Assembly (NCBI RefSeq): GCF_006345805.1
Contig: NC_043009.1
Coordinates: 54,250,001-54,314,000, forward strand
Source of the DNA: Octopus sinensis
Taxonomy: Eukaryota
Reading direction: 5' to 3'
DNA: 64,000 nucleotides
Part shown: positions 1-14,131 of the stretch, piece after piece
Position numbering within the stretch: the first letter of the stretch is position 1
How the letters are laid out: every line of letters begins with the position of its first letter
Position numbers and translations under genes: made by a program
Notes under the pieces: generated by a model
Told to the model about the DNA's origin: nothing
Database searches by the model: none
What the model saw: the letters and a program-made list of their open reading frames with translations, nothing else

Positions 1-1265
1 TGTCTGCTCTTTCCTTCTCATGGGAAAGTTGCAGACAATTTTCAATTTCCAACAGTTTTATTTTCAGGCGGGACTTTTCACTACTTTCAATTTGTTTGTT
101 TAGGCGATTTGAAATTTTTGTACGCCGTCTCATTAGAATTTTCCTCTCTCTGGGGATTTTGTTCTTGTGTACAGTGGCCTTTCTCTCTGGGACACATTTG
201 TAGCATATGGCTTGCATTACAGACATGAATTGTTGAAGTATCATGTCGATGTCCGGCGGGGAGAGACATTCAGGCCAGTTTTGTTTGAGGATCTCTTTCT
301 CAATTTGTTTCCAGTTTGCCTTATTGAAGTTCAAGCTGGAAAGATTCTGAGGGTTTCTTGTAGGCTGCATGTCCGTGCTCTCTTTTGGCCCGTACATGGT
401 CAGCTCTACCATGTTGTGATCCGAGAGTAGTGTCGGTGTCACTTTCACATTATGGATGAGATCCATATTATTTGTGAAGCAGAGATCCAGTGTGTTACCT
501 GCTCTGGTTGGTTGCAGTATTACTTGCTCCATGTACAGGGTGTTGGTAAGGTTCAGGAGGGACCTCGCCTGTCCACGTTCACATCTTGTCATTCCTGGGA
601 GAGAAAGGCCCTCGGGCCATCTGACATTCGGTAGATTGAAGTCTCCCATGAGAAGTACACTTATGTGTTGTTCTAATGTGGTTAGAACTTCTTCTATTTT
701 TAAAAGGCAGTCCTCGAACTTGCCCATATGACTTGGGGCATCTGGAGGGCGATATGTAGCACACACAACTACATCAAGTTGCCTTTGTGTACAATTAGTG
801 TGTCACACACCGAGTTTGAGTATGACAAAAGGACCTGGGGTGTGAGGTCCCCACGGATGTACATAGCAACTCCTCCATGACTCCTTTCTTTCCTGTCGGT
901 CCGTAGTACAACATACTGTGGTATGTGTAATTCCGCATCTGCTATGTCCGGTTTCAGATGCGTTTCTGTGAGTGCTATGCATAAGGCTTGATTGCATGCG
1001 ACAAAGTCTCTCAGGAACGGGACTTTTGTCCTGTTACTGTGTGTTAGTAAACCTCTGATGTTCAGTAGGAGCATCGAGGTGAGGTGTATGCTGTTGCCGG
1101 CGTTGTCCACCCTGGGTCCATCTGCTGTGGCGGTCTTGTGAACTGTGGGCAGTTCCATCTGCGAGCCTGAGCCTGATGGAGCCAGGTTAGCTGCTGTACA
1201 ATCTTTTGTGCCATGCACAAAAAAGATTCCTGCTCAGCAGCTGCCCTTTCAACAACACGTTGGTG
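1..1265 (-). mobile_element. CR1/Jockey-group non-LTR retrotransposon fragment (APE endonuclease region), frameshifted, runs off the window edge
   Basis: Minus-strand translation gives LLNIRGL..IALTETHL..GGVAMY, then after a frameshift near 775 YRPP..LLMGDFNLPNVRW..GNTLDLCFTNN..LSDHNMV, which are canonical APE motifs. A second frameshift lies near 150. Confidence 0.9.
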
Positions 1266-1299
1266 GTTTATATATATATATTCTTTTACTTGTTTCAAT

Positions 1300-1511
1300 C
1301 ATTTCACAGCAGCCATGCTGGAGCACTGCATTTAGTCGAACAAATCCGCCCCAGGACTTATTCTTTGTAAGAAATTATTCTATCGGGCTCTTTTGCCGAA
1401 TCGCTATTTTTGCGGGTACGTAAACACACCAACATCGATGGTCAAGTGATTGTAGGAGGAAAACACAGACACAAAAACACATACACATACATACACACAT
1501 ACATACATACA

Positions 1512-1584
<73 letters not shown>

Positions 1585-2155
1585 ATATATATATATATCG
1601 AGAAGTATATTTAGCACCGCAATGTGGCTAACCCTTAAGGGTTGATGCTACTGTACCTCGTAACCCAAGTAAGACATCTCCTCCAGATGGCTGTTGACAC
1701 ACTCTCTGTGCCCTATCAGTAGTTGCAAAGTCACTGATCTCGAAAAATTATATATATATTTGCATTGAGAATCAATTCCCATCACCAACCGGTGGTCGTC
1801 ACGCAGTGATGACGGGTCAATACCCAGAAACTCTGGTCCATGTGTATCACGTCAGACTGCAGATGGGAATGATGACTTCTATTTGCAAATACTGATAGGG
1901 CATAGAAACTGTGCGATAGGCAGCTGGAGGAGATGTCTTCCTGGGACTACAAGCTACAGTATCATCAACCCTTAAGAGTTAGCCACATTTAGGTGGAAAA
2001 TATACTTCACAATGTCGGTGCACCTACTGTTTATTCCTAACACAGAGATTTATTATTATATATATACGACGGGCTTCTTTCGGTTTCCGTTAGTCAAATC
2101 CACTGTGAGTGCTTTGGTCGGCCAGAGTCTAAGGAGAAGACGAACCGAACGCGTG
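1300..2155 (-). mobile_element. SINE family A copy (tail 1300-1490, core 2065-2155) split by a fold-back element inserted in its internal microsatellite
   Basis: Tail and core both match the full-length copies at 30595-31008 and 54070-54523. Confidence 0.7.
1602..2008. mobile_element. Fold-back / MITE-like element with ~135-bp imperfect terminal inverted repeats
   Basis: Left arm aagtatatt..aatgtggctaacccttaagggttgatg..aagacatctcctccag..tgccctatcagta aligns to the reverse complement of ~1865-2008. No TSD was identified. Confidence 0.8.
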
Positions 2156-2749
2156 GTGTTAAATGGTCTGGATAGATGACCATTTACGCGAACTACCGAG
2201 CGGATGCTGCTGTATAAGGCAGGGATCCAACCGCGGAAGATGGAACCGTAGTGATGGTCTAGATTCGCAACGGATGATAGTTAAAAAAAAAAGATTTTTT
2301 GAAGGAGATATCAGAAAAATAGATCGACAGAATGATAGATACAACAAACAAAGAGTGAACGTGAGATGAGATCTGTGAACAAAATATGAGAAAGACAGAG
2401 TAAAAGATCAAGGCCGATGGCGAACAACAACGATCGAGAGAAATGTATATTGTTCATCTGAAAATATGCTTCAGTATATTTACATATGCCTGTATATGAA
2501 TAGGATTCAGTCACAAGATGAGTTTATTTATACTTCTGCATATTTATATATGAGTAGATTTTTGGATGTGTATGTGCGTGAATGAATATGAATACGCTTG
2601 GGTCGTGTGCTTTTTGTTTTTTTACGTAGAGGTTATCACAAGCTAATGGATTGTGCTCACATCGGTGTATCTTATACGAAAGCAACAATGCATAAACACA
2701 ATTTGTAAGATACTACAGCAACTAATACTACCACTATCACCACCACCAC

Positions 2750-2753
2750 CACC

Positions 2754-2811
<58 letters not shown>

Positions 2812-2947
2812 GAATTGATATTCCTCTTATTTATTCGATACATCAGAGTTTACGAAAGAACCAAAATATCACTATGAAAAGATTACGTATGAATTTGTTA
2901 GATTGTTATTCATAGCATATCTTTGAAGAGAATTTGTTAGCTTAATG

Positions 2948-2989
<42 letters not shown>

Positions 2990-2990
2990 T

Positions 2991-3027
<37 letters not shown>

Positions 3028-3054
3028 TTAATAATAATGATAATGATGATGATA

Positions 3055-3116
<62 letters not shown>

Positions 3117-3260
3117 GATGATTACAACAACTACAACAACAACAATAATTATAATAATAATTGTTATTGTTATTATTATTATCATTATTATTACAATAAC
3201 AACTGCAATAACAACAATAACAACAACAGCAATATTGTAATGATAATAACAGTAACAGCA
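2750..3260. repeat. Compound trinucleotide microsatellites (AAT/GAT/AAC)
   Basis: Direct inspection. Confidence 0.95.
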
Positions 3261-3750
3261 ACAAGGACAAATATTGACGCATATCAAGTACGATGTGTGT
3301 GTGTGTGTGCTTGCGTGTGTGAGTGTATGCGGGTGTGTGTGTGTGAGTGTGTGTGTGTGTGTGAGTACGTGTTTGTGAGTACATATAGCAGTCAGTTATA
3401 TTTTTTTCTGAATTTATATCATATTTACTAAGATTAATTAAACAGCCTCTTCAAATGGATTCATTTCCTGCAAGAACCTCTTTTCATTTACATCTACTTC
3501 CGTTTTTTGCACTCCGCCCATACCTCGCTACAATTGAGAATCTATGAATGGTATACGTAACGTATGTGCTACCGTACTTATTTGTGGCGAACAAGCGGAG
3601 TTTCATTAATCAAATGTCTCCCCTGAATTAGGGAGATGTAAACATTCTCTCGAAGTATTACTCTTTCTCCGACTTTATCTCTGCATAAAGAGGCAGAAAG
3701 ACTGATAGATAGGAGTGTGTGTTTGTATGCGTGTGTTTGTATCTGTGTGT

Positions 3751-3793
<43 letters not shown>

Positions 3794-4009
3794 TGTTTAT
3801 GTGTCTTAAAGAATAACTGTTTGAATACTCTCTACTTCTAATGCTTACAAGAGAGATGCTTATTTTCTATAGATTAATGTATACTTCGAGAATCCGAAAA
3901 ATTACTCAACATGTAATGTCCGATTTTCTAGACTGAATGAATATTTACTGAAAGTCAGTTCTATATGTTTATGTACACACAGACACACACACACATACAC
4001 ACACACACA

Positions 4010-4044
<35 letters not shown>

Positions 4045-4105
4045 CAATGAAACTACACGCGTGCTGTTGGAGATTTGTTTTCCTTCTTTGGACTTTTCGC
4101 TTTCT

Positions 4106-4140
4106 CTTTCCAACAAAGATCTCTGCTCGAAACGTCAAAC
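4106..4140 (+). ncRNA. Degenerate minimal hammerhead relic in a Penelope-type fragment
   Basis: ttt-[core decayed to ccaacaa]-a-gatc-tct-gctc-GAA-ACGT-C-aaac. Resembles the intact motif at 24658-24692. Confidence 0.45.
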
Positions 4141-4368
4141 TCTCTTTTTATCTACTAGCTAATACATTCCTTGTGCATGTCTTCTTGTCTGCAAATTCGT
4201 TTGTTTGAATTGATTGTTCATTTGAATTGACTGTGCGTATGTGTGTCTGTGTGTGTGCGTGTCTGTCTATCTGTGTCTGTGTGGGTGTGGGTGTCTAACT
4301 GTCTGTGTCAGTGTCTGTATGGGCGTGTCTGTCTCTCTATGTGTCTGTCTGTGTCTCTCTCTGTGTAT

Positions 4369-4381
4369 ATAGATAGATAGG

Positions 4382-4446
<65 letters not shown>

Positions 4447-4449
4447 GGG

Positions 4450-4538
<89 letters not shown>
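4369..4538. repeat. (AGAT)n microsatellite
   Basis: Direct inspection. Similar tracts lie at ~6040-6265, 18253-18383, 19517-19880, 39590-39800, 62425-62510 and 63886-64000. Confidence 0.95.
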
Positions 4539-4539
<1 letters not shown>

Positions 4540-5131
4540 CGCTTGTGCTCCTCTGATATGTTGGTGTCGGTTAGTACATTGCACAGCAGTGGATATTATG
4601 ACTGATTGGTATATTGTACAGTCGTAGATACCGATATATATGCTTTTATATTGTGGTTATGCATACTGTACAACTATAGATACTTCCTCCCTTAAATGGT
4701 TGGTATTTTACATTACTGCAGATATCCTTTCATTCGTGGTTGCTATGGTTGACATATTGCATAACCTACCTGTTGAAATAATCAGGATATTGATACGAAT
4801 AGCATGGATCATCCATGAGTTAGTAGCATGCTTCTGAATGAATATTTGTCAATCTAACTCATGTACTTCATTTGAATTGAGAACGGGATATTTCACCCAG
4901 CATAACAACAGTTCCAACTGAGATGATGTGAAATTTCCGCTAAATGACGATACACATACGCAATGTAAATAGTGGGCATTATCCTGAAAACTATAATAGT
5001 ATTTGGTGGCTCCGAAGAGAAAATATAGAGAATTATACATGGCTTTTAGATACCTATACCTCACAAAACATAAAAATTGCTTTCGCACTTGTTTATGTGT
5101 GTGTGTGCGTGCGCATGTGAGTGTGTGCCGG

Positions 5132-5162
<31 letters not shown>

Positions 5163-5411
5163 GCATATATATATATATACATATATATATACATATATAC
5201 ATATATATACATATATATACATATATATATATTATATATATATATAACATATATATATACATATATATATATACATATTATATATACATATATATATACA
5301 TATTATATATATATACATATATATACCTATATATATATATACATATATGTTATACATATATATATATATATATACATATATATATTATATATACATATAT
5401 ATTATATATAC

Positions 5412-5445
<34 letters not shown>

Positions 5446-5889
5446 ATACAAACACACATACACACACACGCATACCTCCCCACACAAGCAGATATATATA
5501 TAAAGAATATGTAGTTGGTCGACAATTAGATTCCAAAATCACAGCTAAAGGTGGATTTAGGAACAAGAGTATTAGAGAGTGGCTAGCCACATTCAGATGG
5601 CTAGTACACCTTACGTAGGTATATTTTATATTAGAGGAAATAAAAAAAACAACGGTTAGTTTCAATATTTTTCTCGCTGATTAGGTTTTCGTTTCTCTTT
5701 TTTTTTTTTGTCTTCTGCAATTTTAATTTTGGCTTTTCTATATATATATGAAGAATTTTCTTCCGTCTGGCTGTTTTTCTCTCTACAAAAGGAAAAGTTG
5801 CATTATGGAACTGTCATTTTATTTATTCATCACCCGGCGAGATACGTCTGCTCCACCGGATACTCCTGTACCAGTTTTTTTTTTGCGTC

Positions 5890-5934
5890 TCACAAGAGGA
5901 CTCGATGCTAGATGTGTCGAAACAATTGTTGTGA
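5890..5934 (+). ncRNA. Hammerhead-like relic lacking CUG of the core
   Basis: TCAC-[aaga]-GGAC..GTC-GAA-ACAATTGT-T-GTGA. Stem I TCAC/GTGA, stem II GAC/GTC and the palindromic stem III are all present. Confidence 0.55.
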
Positions 5935-6039
5935 TTAATGATATATTCTCGTATATTCCATATTCTGTCTTTTATATATATTCAGAGAAACAGACAAATA
6001 GACAGACATACGGACAGGTACATAAGCAGAGAGACACAC

Positions 6040-6124
<85 letters not shown>

Positions 6125-6211
6125 CACGATAGACAGACGGACAGACAGACAGACGGACAGACAGACAGACAAACAGACAGACAATCAGACAGACATAAGA
6201 CAGAGAGACAA

Positions 6212-6265
<54 letters not shown>

Positions 6266-6671
6266 CGGACTATATATATATAAAGAGAGAGAGAGGGAGA
6301 GAGAGAGAGAGAGAGAGAGAGGGGAGAGATAGTGAGAAGCGTGCACTGTTGCCATTGGTATTGTTGCTATTTATGTTCCAATTGTTCTGTTGTTTTGTAA
6401 AGTGTTATAGAGTGAGCAGTTTTAAGAACAGATATTAGTAGTCGTTGATGATGCAGTCTTTTTTTCTTAATGCATTGTATATCTTAGAATACATTATGTA
6501 ATGTCTCCTTCTACTTTTATGGCGTTAGTGTTCGATTTCGGATACATTTTGATTCGCTTTTTAACAAGTCCATTACACTTGGTATGACTTATGACTTCCT
6601 TCCCGCTTGGCGAAAGCCTGTAAGCACAGTAGCATTCATCGGTTCGTATACAGTCTATGCAGATGCATACG

Positions 6672-6702
<31 letters not shown>

Positions 6703-6796
6703 CGTCAGGTTTCATTCAGTTTCCGTCAGCCATATTCGCTCACAATGGCAGGATGTTTTGTATACATTTTTATATGTTGTAATTTTCTTTTACATG

Positions 6797-6833
<37 letters not shown>

Positions 6834-7399
6834 TTATCAGATTATAGATAAAAACCACTATTAGGCAAATCAAATAATGAAAAACTTAAGCCAATACATA
6901 GAATTAATTAATTTATATTATTTTAAATATATAAAAAGTATTAAAAGTTTAATAAAAGATAATTAATAAAACACAGAATATTTGTATGTATGTATATATA
7001 TATTCAATTATGAATTGTAAGAAGCGGTAGTGTTGTAAATATCAACCTCATATGCTTAGTGTATGAGTTTTGTTCTTTCGCCGGTTCGCTGTCTATAGAC
7101 CTTCGGGGACCACTCCCTGTAAACGTATATCCTGGACCTGGATAAACCTGTTCAGAACAAAGGTGCTGTTCGAATAATCCACTGAGAGTATTAGATATTT
7201 ACACACACACAGACACACATGTACACACATACATTTACACTGACACAGACACACACATACACAAACACCTGCATATATATATATGTACATATATATATGT
7301 ACATATATGTATGTATATATGCATATATTTATATATTATAGTATTATATGATCGAACGCCACACATCCATTTCCAAGTACATATATATGCATATATAAT

Positions 7400-7478
7400 G
7401 TGACCACCGTGTGTACCGTTGGCGATTTTTTTCCCTCTGTCTTCCCTTCTCTGGATCTTTCCTTCTCCTATGTTTCTA
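7400..7478 (+). mobile_element. Penelope-type non-autonomous fragment (family P1), truncated just before the hammerhead core
   Basis: Matches the reverse complement of 24690-24765 and 60125-60200. Confidence 0.65.
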
Positions 7479-7529
7479 CTCTGCGGTAGTATTTATGTAT
7501 TTCAATAAGGCTGTGAGTTGTCAGATTCA

Positions 7530-7680
7530 ATAGCACGCCGGACAAAATGGTTAAGGGCATTCCGTGTGCTACACGTTCTGAGTTCAAATTACACTGAGAT
7601 CTTTAGTTCTCATTCTTTCCGGGTCGATAAAAATATATACCAGTGATGTAGTAGCGTCTATGTAATCTACTTTGTCTCTC
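7530..7680 (+). mobile_element. Degenerate SINE family D copy
   Basis: tagcacgccggacaaaatg..acgttctgagttcaaatt..ggtcgataaa resembles the reverse complement of 57129-57360. Confidence 0.6.
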
Positions 7681-7759
7681 TGAAAGTCGTTCCTGTATGT
7701 GGGTCTGTAAATGTATTTATTTGGGGGAGTGTATAAATATATTTATATATATTATATAT

Positions 7760-7809
<50 letters not shown>

Positions 7810-7936
7810 ATATATACATCTATGTACAACAGGTATATATCATACCCGTTCTCTATCTGTGTATATATATATATAATATATATAATATATACATAGACAC
7901 ACACGCACGCACACACACACACACACACACCACACA

Positions 7937-7973
<37 letters not shown>

Positions 7974-8009
7974 ATATTAGAAGGTGTCCGTGTGTTCGTC
8001 TGTCAATGC

Positions 8010-8109
8010 NNNNNNNNNNNNNNNNNNNNNNNNNNNNNNNNNNNNNNNNNNNNNNNNNNNNNNNNNNNNNNNNNNNNNNNNNNNNNNNNNNNNNNNNNNN
8101 NNNNNNNNN
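8010..8109. other. Assembly gap (100 N)
   Basis: Run of N. Contiguity across it is unverified. Confidence 1.
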
Positions 8110-8325
8110 AATGAGAAAAGAGCTGATTCGAAGACTACAGATCCAAGCCATCACTGGAACTGTACAAATCTGTAAAACTTTCCAGAATTTTATCATTCAA
8201 GTATATATGAGCGTGTCTTAACATACAACTATGTGCACGAGAATATATACATAAAACAATACATATAAATCTGCATATATACATATATATACATACAGGC
8301 AGACATACGTATATACATACATACA

Positions 8326-8359
<34 letters not shown>

Positions 8360-8610
8360 CATACATACGTACATACATACACACACACACACACAAATAC
8401 ATACATACAAACATACATACATAGATACATACATGCATACATACATGCATACATACATACATACATACATACATACAACATACATACATACATACATACA
8501 TACATACATACAAAAATATCCTTTTGGCGTTGTTGAAATTCCAATGAAAGACCGTTGGATGGACGTCAGAAACTGGCTCTTTCTCTTTTGGCAATAATTT
8601 TTGAAATAAA
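8110..8610 (+). mobile_element. 3' end of a restriction-like-endonuclease (R4/NeSL-type) LINE, with its 3' UTR split by (ATAC)n
   Basis: RKELIRRLQIQAITGTVQICKTF resembles RLE-LINE C-termini (recognised from memory). Confidence 0.5.
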
Positions 8611-8624
8611 ACCGAATAATAATC

Positions 8625-9102
8625 ATACACACATGATGGCCGTACACTCGTGACCGAGGAAAATCGTTATTGACCTTTAGGAACATTACTCGTTCAAGAC
8701 CACCGTTTACTTTTTACTTGCGACTCCGCAGGTGACTAACGAGCCTTGCTCCTGACAAACATACACGACTATAAATATTGCAGACCAAGTTTTCCCCATT
8801 CATTACACTAGCCGTGCGTTTTCGAGCAGCACGCTTAAATTCTTCATGAAGAATACATGTTCTTTCAAAGGTATCGATTTTACCTGTTTCCTCCATCCGT
8901 GGCTATGACAATGTTTGCTCTCCCAGTCCGTCTCCTGCATTTCACAGGCCTTTATTGAAGAAGTTGCACAGTCATTAAATCGCAGTCTTGGCTTCTGCCG
9001 GGGTCACTTCCCACTAACAATTTCCCCATATAGCACCTGTTTAGGGATCCTGCTATCATTCAATCTAACAAGGTGTCCAGTCCAACGTAACTTGTATATA
9101 TA

Positions 9103-9155
<53 letters not shown>

Positions 9156-11225
9156 TTGTGTGTCAGTGTTTGTCTCCGTAGCATTGCTTAACAACCGATG
9201 CTGGTGTGTTTACGTTCCCGTCACTTAGCGGTTCGGCAAGAGAAACCGATAAAATAAGTACTGGGCTTACAAAGAATAAGTCCTGGAGTCGATTTGCTCG
9301 ACTAAAGGCGGTGCTCTAGCATGGCCGCAGTCAAATGACTGAAACAAGTAAAGCCCCATCGCTTCAGGATTTCGGCTTTCCTCGGGACCTGGTACCTGGA
9401 GATTTTAAGGTTCAGCAAACATTCAGGATGTGTCTCATATATCTCTGATGGAAGCATTCAAGGACCTTTACATGAGGTTAGTGAAGGTTTCATGTCTCAC
9501 TGGAGTAAAGGAGCGATGTCAGTACACCTACACATGCATGGTACACAGCAATTTTTGTTCGCTTTGTGATGCCATGTTGGGACGAGACACGAGACTCAAA
9601 AGACTTGAAGGAATCAGTTGCTCTCGATCGCTTTAAAGATATTTCATCATTCAGGCTGCAAGACCGGATGAGTGTACTGCCTAGGTAAACAAACTTGTCT
9701 AGCACTTTCAGTATTGTTCCTTCAACCAAGATAGTTTGTTCCACATATGGGTCTCGTGATGCAGGCTGGAACAGTCTTGTCCAGGCTAATACTGAGTCGA
9801 AATGCTTTGCAAGAAGCATAAATATGGTTCACAAGTATGTGCACATCAGCCGTTGTATGAGTGACTAAGTCACAGTCGTCTGCATAAAGGAGGTCACGTA
9901 TAAGAGACCGGAAACTTTTGAATTTGCAGCAAATCGACACAGGTTAAAAAGACTACCAGAAGATTGATACCTAACATATACACCACGAGAGCTGTCCACA
10001 GCAAAAGCTTGAGTAAGAGTATCAAAACAGTACAGAGAAAAGTGAGTTGGGGAAAGATGTCACAGTGCTTGACACCATTCTCTACAGGAATGGGTCCCGT
10101 CATGCCACCACCAACATTGACACAAGCCTACGTCCCATCATGAAATGAGTTGAATATTCATACAAAGCGATCCGGACATTCAAGTTTGCCACGTATTTTC
10201 CATAGAGAGGCCCTATTCACAGTATCAAAGGCCTAGGTTGAATCAATGAATACCTGGACAAGATCCACATTCTGCTCATAGCACTTATGCATCTGTCTCG
10301 CTGTCAAAACCATATCCATCGTTCCTCTTCCAGATCGGAAAACACATTGAGATTCAGATAGGACATCATTTACAAGATTCCTATTGAGGCGGATAAGACG
10401 AATACTTGCCTGAACCCTTCCAGTAGCTGATAGTAGAGTAATACTTCTGTAGTTGCCACACTCTGCTCTGGATCCTTTTCCTTTATAGAGAGAAAGAATA
10501 ATTGTATCCTTCCAGGCCTTAAGTATTGCACCATCCATCAAGATTACACTAATAAGTTCATGATGTGATTATTACCAAATCGTAGCACCTCAGCACAAAT
10601 ATCATCCTTACCAGGCGACTTACCAAGATTCAGTTTACTTATTGCTGCCATTACCTCATCTATTAAGGGTGTGCAATTTAAGAAATTAACGACAGGTGTC
10701 TGCTGCATAGTGTCAATCACTACTCGTCCACAATTGACTCAAGGCTTAGGAGTTCAGAAAAATGTTCAATCCAGCGACCCGTGACCTGTTGGTTTAATAA
10801 ACAGAGTTGAAGACTCATAGGAAAGCAAAGGGGCTGATGCAGAGATCTTAGCGTCGTAAACTTGCTTCATAAGGTGGTAAACCTTCTGTCATATGCATCA
10901 GCAGTGGTCTGAATATCATGAGCAAGGTAATCTGCATCTTCCAGAGAGATCGCAGTACTGATTTTGCACTGCTGTAGTGGGCAAGAGCTAGATTTCGCTG
11001 TACGACTGTAAGTTTTCTGTGCAGTAAATTACTGAGGGTACGGCACTGTACGACCAGCCGTCGCTGAACTTCAGCATCATTTTCAGTAAACCAGTCTCTG
11101 TATCTGGCAGCAGCATAGCCCAATGTCTCAGCAGCACATTGAAAAACCTGGTCTCGAAAATCTTCCCACGCTGTAGTAGTTTCAATGCTGGATGTATGAT
11201 TCTGAAGTTATTTCCTGACCACAGC
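8625..11225 (-). mobile_element. Degraded RTE-clade LINE (reverse transcriptase plus C-terminal zinc finger), interrupted at ~9095-9355
   Basis: Fragments IILSLYKGKG..CGNYRSITLLS..SQCVFRSGRGTMDM, LLYADDCDL, FVYLGS, LLYSSET, RWTGHLVRL..IPKQVLYGE and LVCNIYSRVCLSGARLVSHLRS. Many stops and frameshifts. Confidence 0.92.
9165..9352 (+). mobile_element. SINE family A 3' half nested in the RTE LINE
   Basis: acaaccgatgctggtgtgtttacg..gtcgatttgctcgactaaaggcggtgct..gactgaaacaagtaaa. Confidence 0.85.
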
Positions 11226-11250
11226 ATCATACATACATACATACATACAT

Positions 11251-11296
<46 letters not shown>

Positions 11297-12127
11297 GTAT
11301 CTCCGTATAGAAACGAATGTATGGGAAGGTACATACAAAGATAGTTAAAAACATAGTTATATAGGCATACTTATGTCTATGTTTGTGTATAATCTTTAGC
11401 CTATACAAACTTACAAACTTTTCACCCTATCACTAAACCTCCACCACCGTCAACACCTATCACCACTTGTAAAAATATAAAGATAACAAATCTCAGACTG
11501 TTTGCTGCTCTCTCGCTAGAAATTTCATATTCGTCTCGTTTCTATGAAAAACAAAATAATATAAACAATATAGAAATGCCTTTGTTTATATACAAATTCC
11601 AATAATATAATTAATAACCACAAAAATAATAACGATAATATTAACAACAAAAAGAATAATAATAATAACAATAGTAATAATAAGCAATAACAATAATAAT
11701 AAAGGAAGGTAATCAGATTTTCATGCTAGAAAAGCAATATTTCTTTAGTAATCATCATCAGCTCCATATAAAAAATAAATAATTTAAATGAAAACAAAAT
11801 GATATCCAAAATATGAGCTTCATTGAGTTTTGTGATATTGAAAATGACGCTAGTCTTGCGTGGTGCTACTGTAAATATCTTCTCATGGGGAAAGATATAA
11901 CCAGACATATTTTGAAAAGGATGCCTCGTCGACTGTGAACGATGTATGAAATATCACGAATATCACATGCTTGAATTAAAAGCATGCCACAGTTCGCTGT
12001 TGTGTATCATCCAGAAGACACCGAGATCAAGAATTCAATGGATTGGAAATCAATTTCTTCAATCTTACACACATGCAAATACACCTGCACACATATAGGC
12101 ATATATATACATACATACATATATATA

Positions 12128-12213
<86 letters not shown>

Positions 12214-13603
12214 TATGTATTATATATTATATATTATTTCGTGTTATATTTAATAAATCAACACGGTGTCCCCAGTGGACAGTTAATATAAAGGCGATAA
12301 TGATTTTTTCATATTTGTGGGACTAGAAGTTTGAATATGAATTACATATATTGAATTTTTTATTATTATTATTTTTTATGCTCTTGCGTACTTACGACGA
12401 AGTTCTTAGAGTGTGTTAAACTTCTAGTCAGCGGTAATCCATTGTAAATCTATAAAGTAAGAACTTAGAAAAAACGATGTGTTTCTCTCACATTCAATAA
12501 ATAAATTATTTTTATCTTCGACAAGCCTGTGGAATTAAGTCTGTTACGGCTTTGATGAGTTATTGGAAGTTAGATTTTATATCGGTATATCATTTAAAGT
12601 TGTTTGATAGCCACCTTAATCACTTTCATGGAGCAGCTTTCATGAAATGAAATAAATAAACAGGTTATCATAGAAATATGATGCCAATACTGGACTACTT
12701 CTTCGGTAAAGTTGCGAAGCTCGAGTTCATACTCCGTACTGTTCGTATAATATATCGAAGTAATTATATTACCTGTAAACTACAAATAAAGAAAGATTAT
12801 TTACATCCACCAATTCAGTGGTATTTCATTTTGTAAACTCTATTTTTACGTTGAAAACAAAAGGGTGACAGCAACTGCATTTTGAATTTAATAAAAAATA
12901 CAGCAGTATACCGCAAGTGAACATTTGAAGCATTGATGTGAATAAATCAATATTTTGTGAAGTTTATATAATTCATACAACTATTTAGCTTATCACACTT
13001 TAAAATTTCGTCCACTTTCGATGTACGCACGTTACAGTGTGAACATTATCCCCCTTTCAACGTACTAAATTCTTTGATATTAGAGCAAGGGAAACATGTC
13101 TCACCATACACAGTACAATAAGAGTGAAATTATTGCGCATTAAGATATTGAAGACATAACAGTTTAAGACTTTAAAATATCTGGAAGTCATTTTCGAATG
13201 TTTGGCTTGTTAGTTGCAGTGTCGTTGGACCATGGAACCTAATAACTGGTGATATTTTATTAAGCTTCGTTTATCTTTTATCTTTTACTTACATGTTCCA
13301 GTTAATAGTCTGCAGCTATGCAGGGATACCCGCTTGGACAAATCATCCTCACATACTTATTGCTTTTCTAAAATCTTGTAGTCATTCTATCTGCTTCTTT
13401 TCCCGAACCGCTAGGTTACGTTGACGTCAACAAAACAAAACCCGGTGTCCAGTTATGGTAGGTCACAGACAAGACACACATACTCATAGTCATCACCATA
13501 TATATATATATATTATATATATATACATATATATATATATATACATATACATACATATACATACATACATGTACATACTTACATACATACATACATACAT
13601 ACT

Positions 13604-13634
<31 letters not shown>

Positions 13635-13639
<5 letters not shown>

Positions 13640-13767
13640 ATCCAAACATGAAAACACAAAGAGAAAACACAACGTGAGAACGTGGAACAAATATAGTATT
13701 ATTGGACGCTCAGGAAGGAACGGAAGAGGGAGCGTTTAACGTTTCGAGCTGAGCTCTTCGTCAGAAA
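13635..13767 (-). mobile_element. Penelope-type non-autonomous element P1 with an intact-core minimal hammerhead (13734-13767)
   Basis: Minus strand reads ttt-CTGACGA-a-GAGC-tca-GCTC-GAA-ACGT-T-aaac. Body matches the copies at 24569 and 59989. Confidence 0.75.
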
Positions 13768-13966
13768 GGGTCAGCTGATGATTTTTAAAAAATTGCATTT
13801 TGAAACCCCCTGACATGCGCCCTTAAAAAGAGGGGTGTGTATGGGTGTACACATATCGAACAATAATAGTCTTTCCATTTAAAGTTTGAACGCTTCAGTC
13901 AATTTTTAATATTTTTGTTTTAAACCAGAATAAGGCGGCCTTTCGTATGTCTCGACGTTCTGAGTT

Positions 13967-14007
<41 letters not shown>

Positions 14008-14029
14008 CTATATATAGATATATATATAT

Positions 14030-14089
<60 letters not shown>

Positions 14090-14131
14090 ATATATGTAGA
14101 GAGTTTTTGGAATGATTTTCAGATATTGTAC

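Noticed and set aside
4770-7185. Exon-like peptides MDDPCYSYQYPDYFN (~4770-4817) and GLFEQHLCSEQVYPGPGYTFTGSGPR (~7050-7185) on the minus strand
   Set aside because: They cannot be joined in frame and no homology was recognised, so they could be chance.
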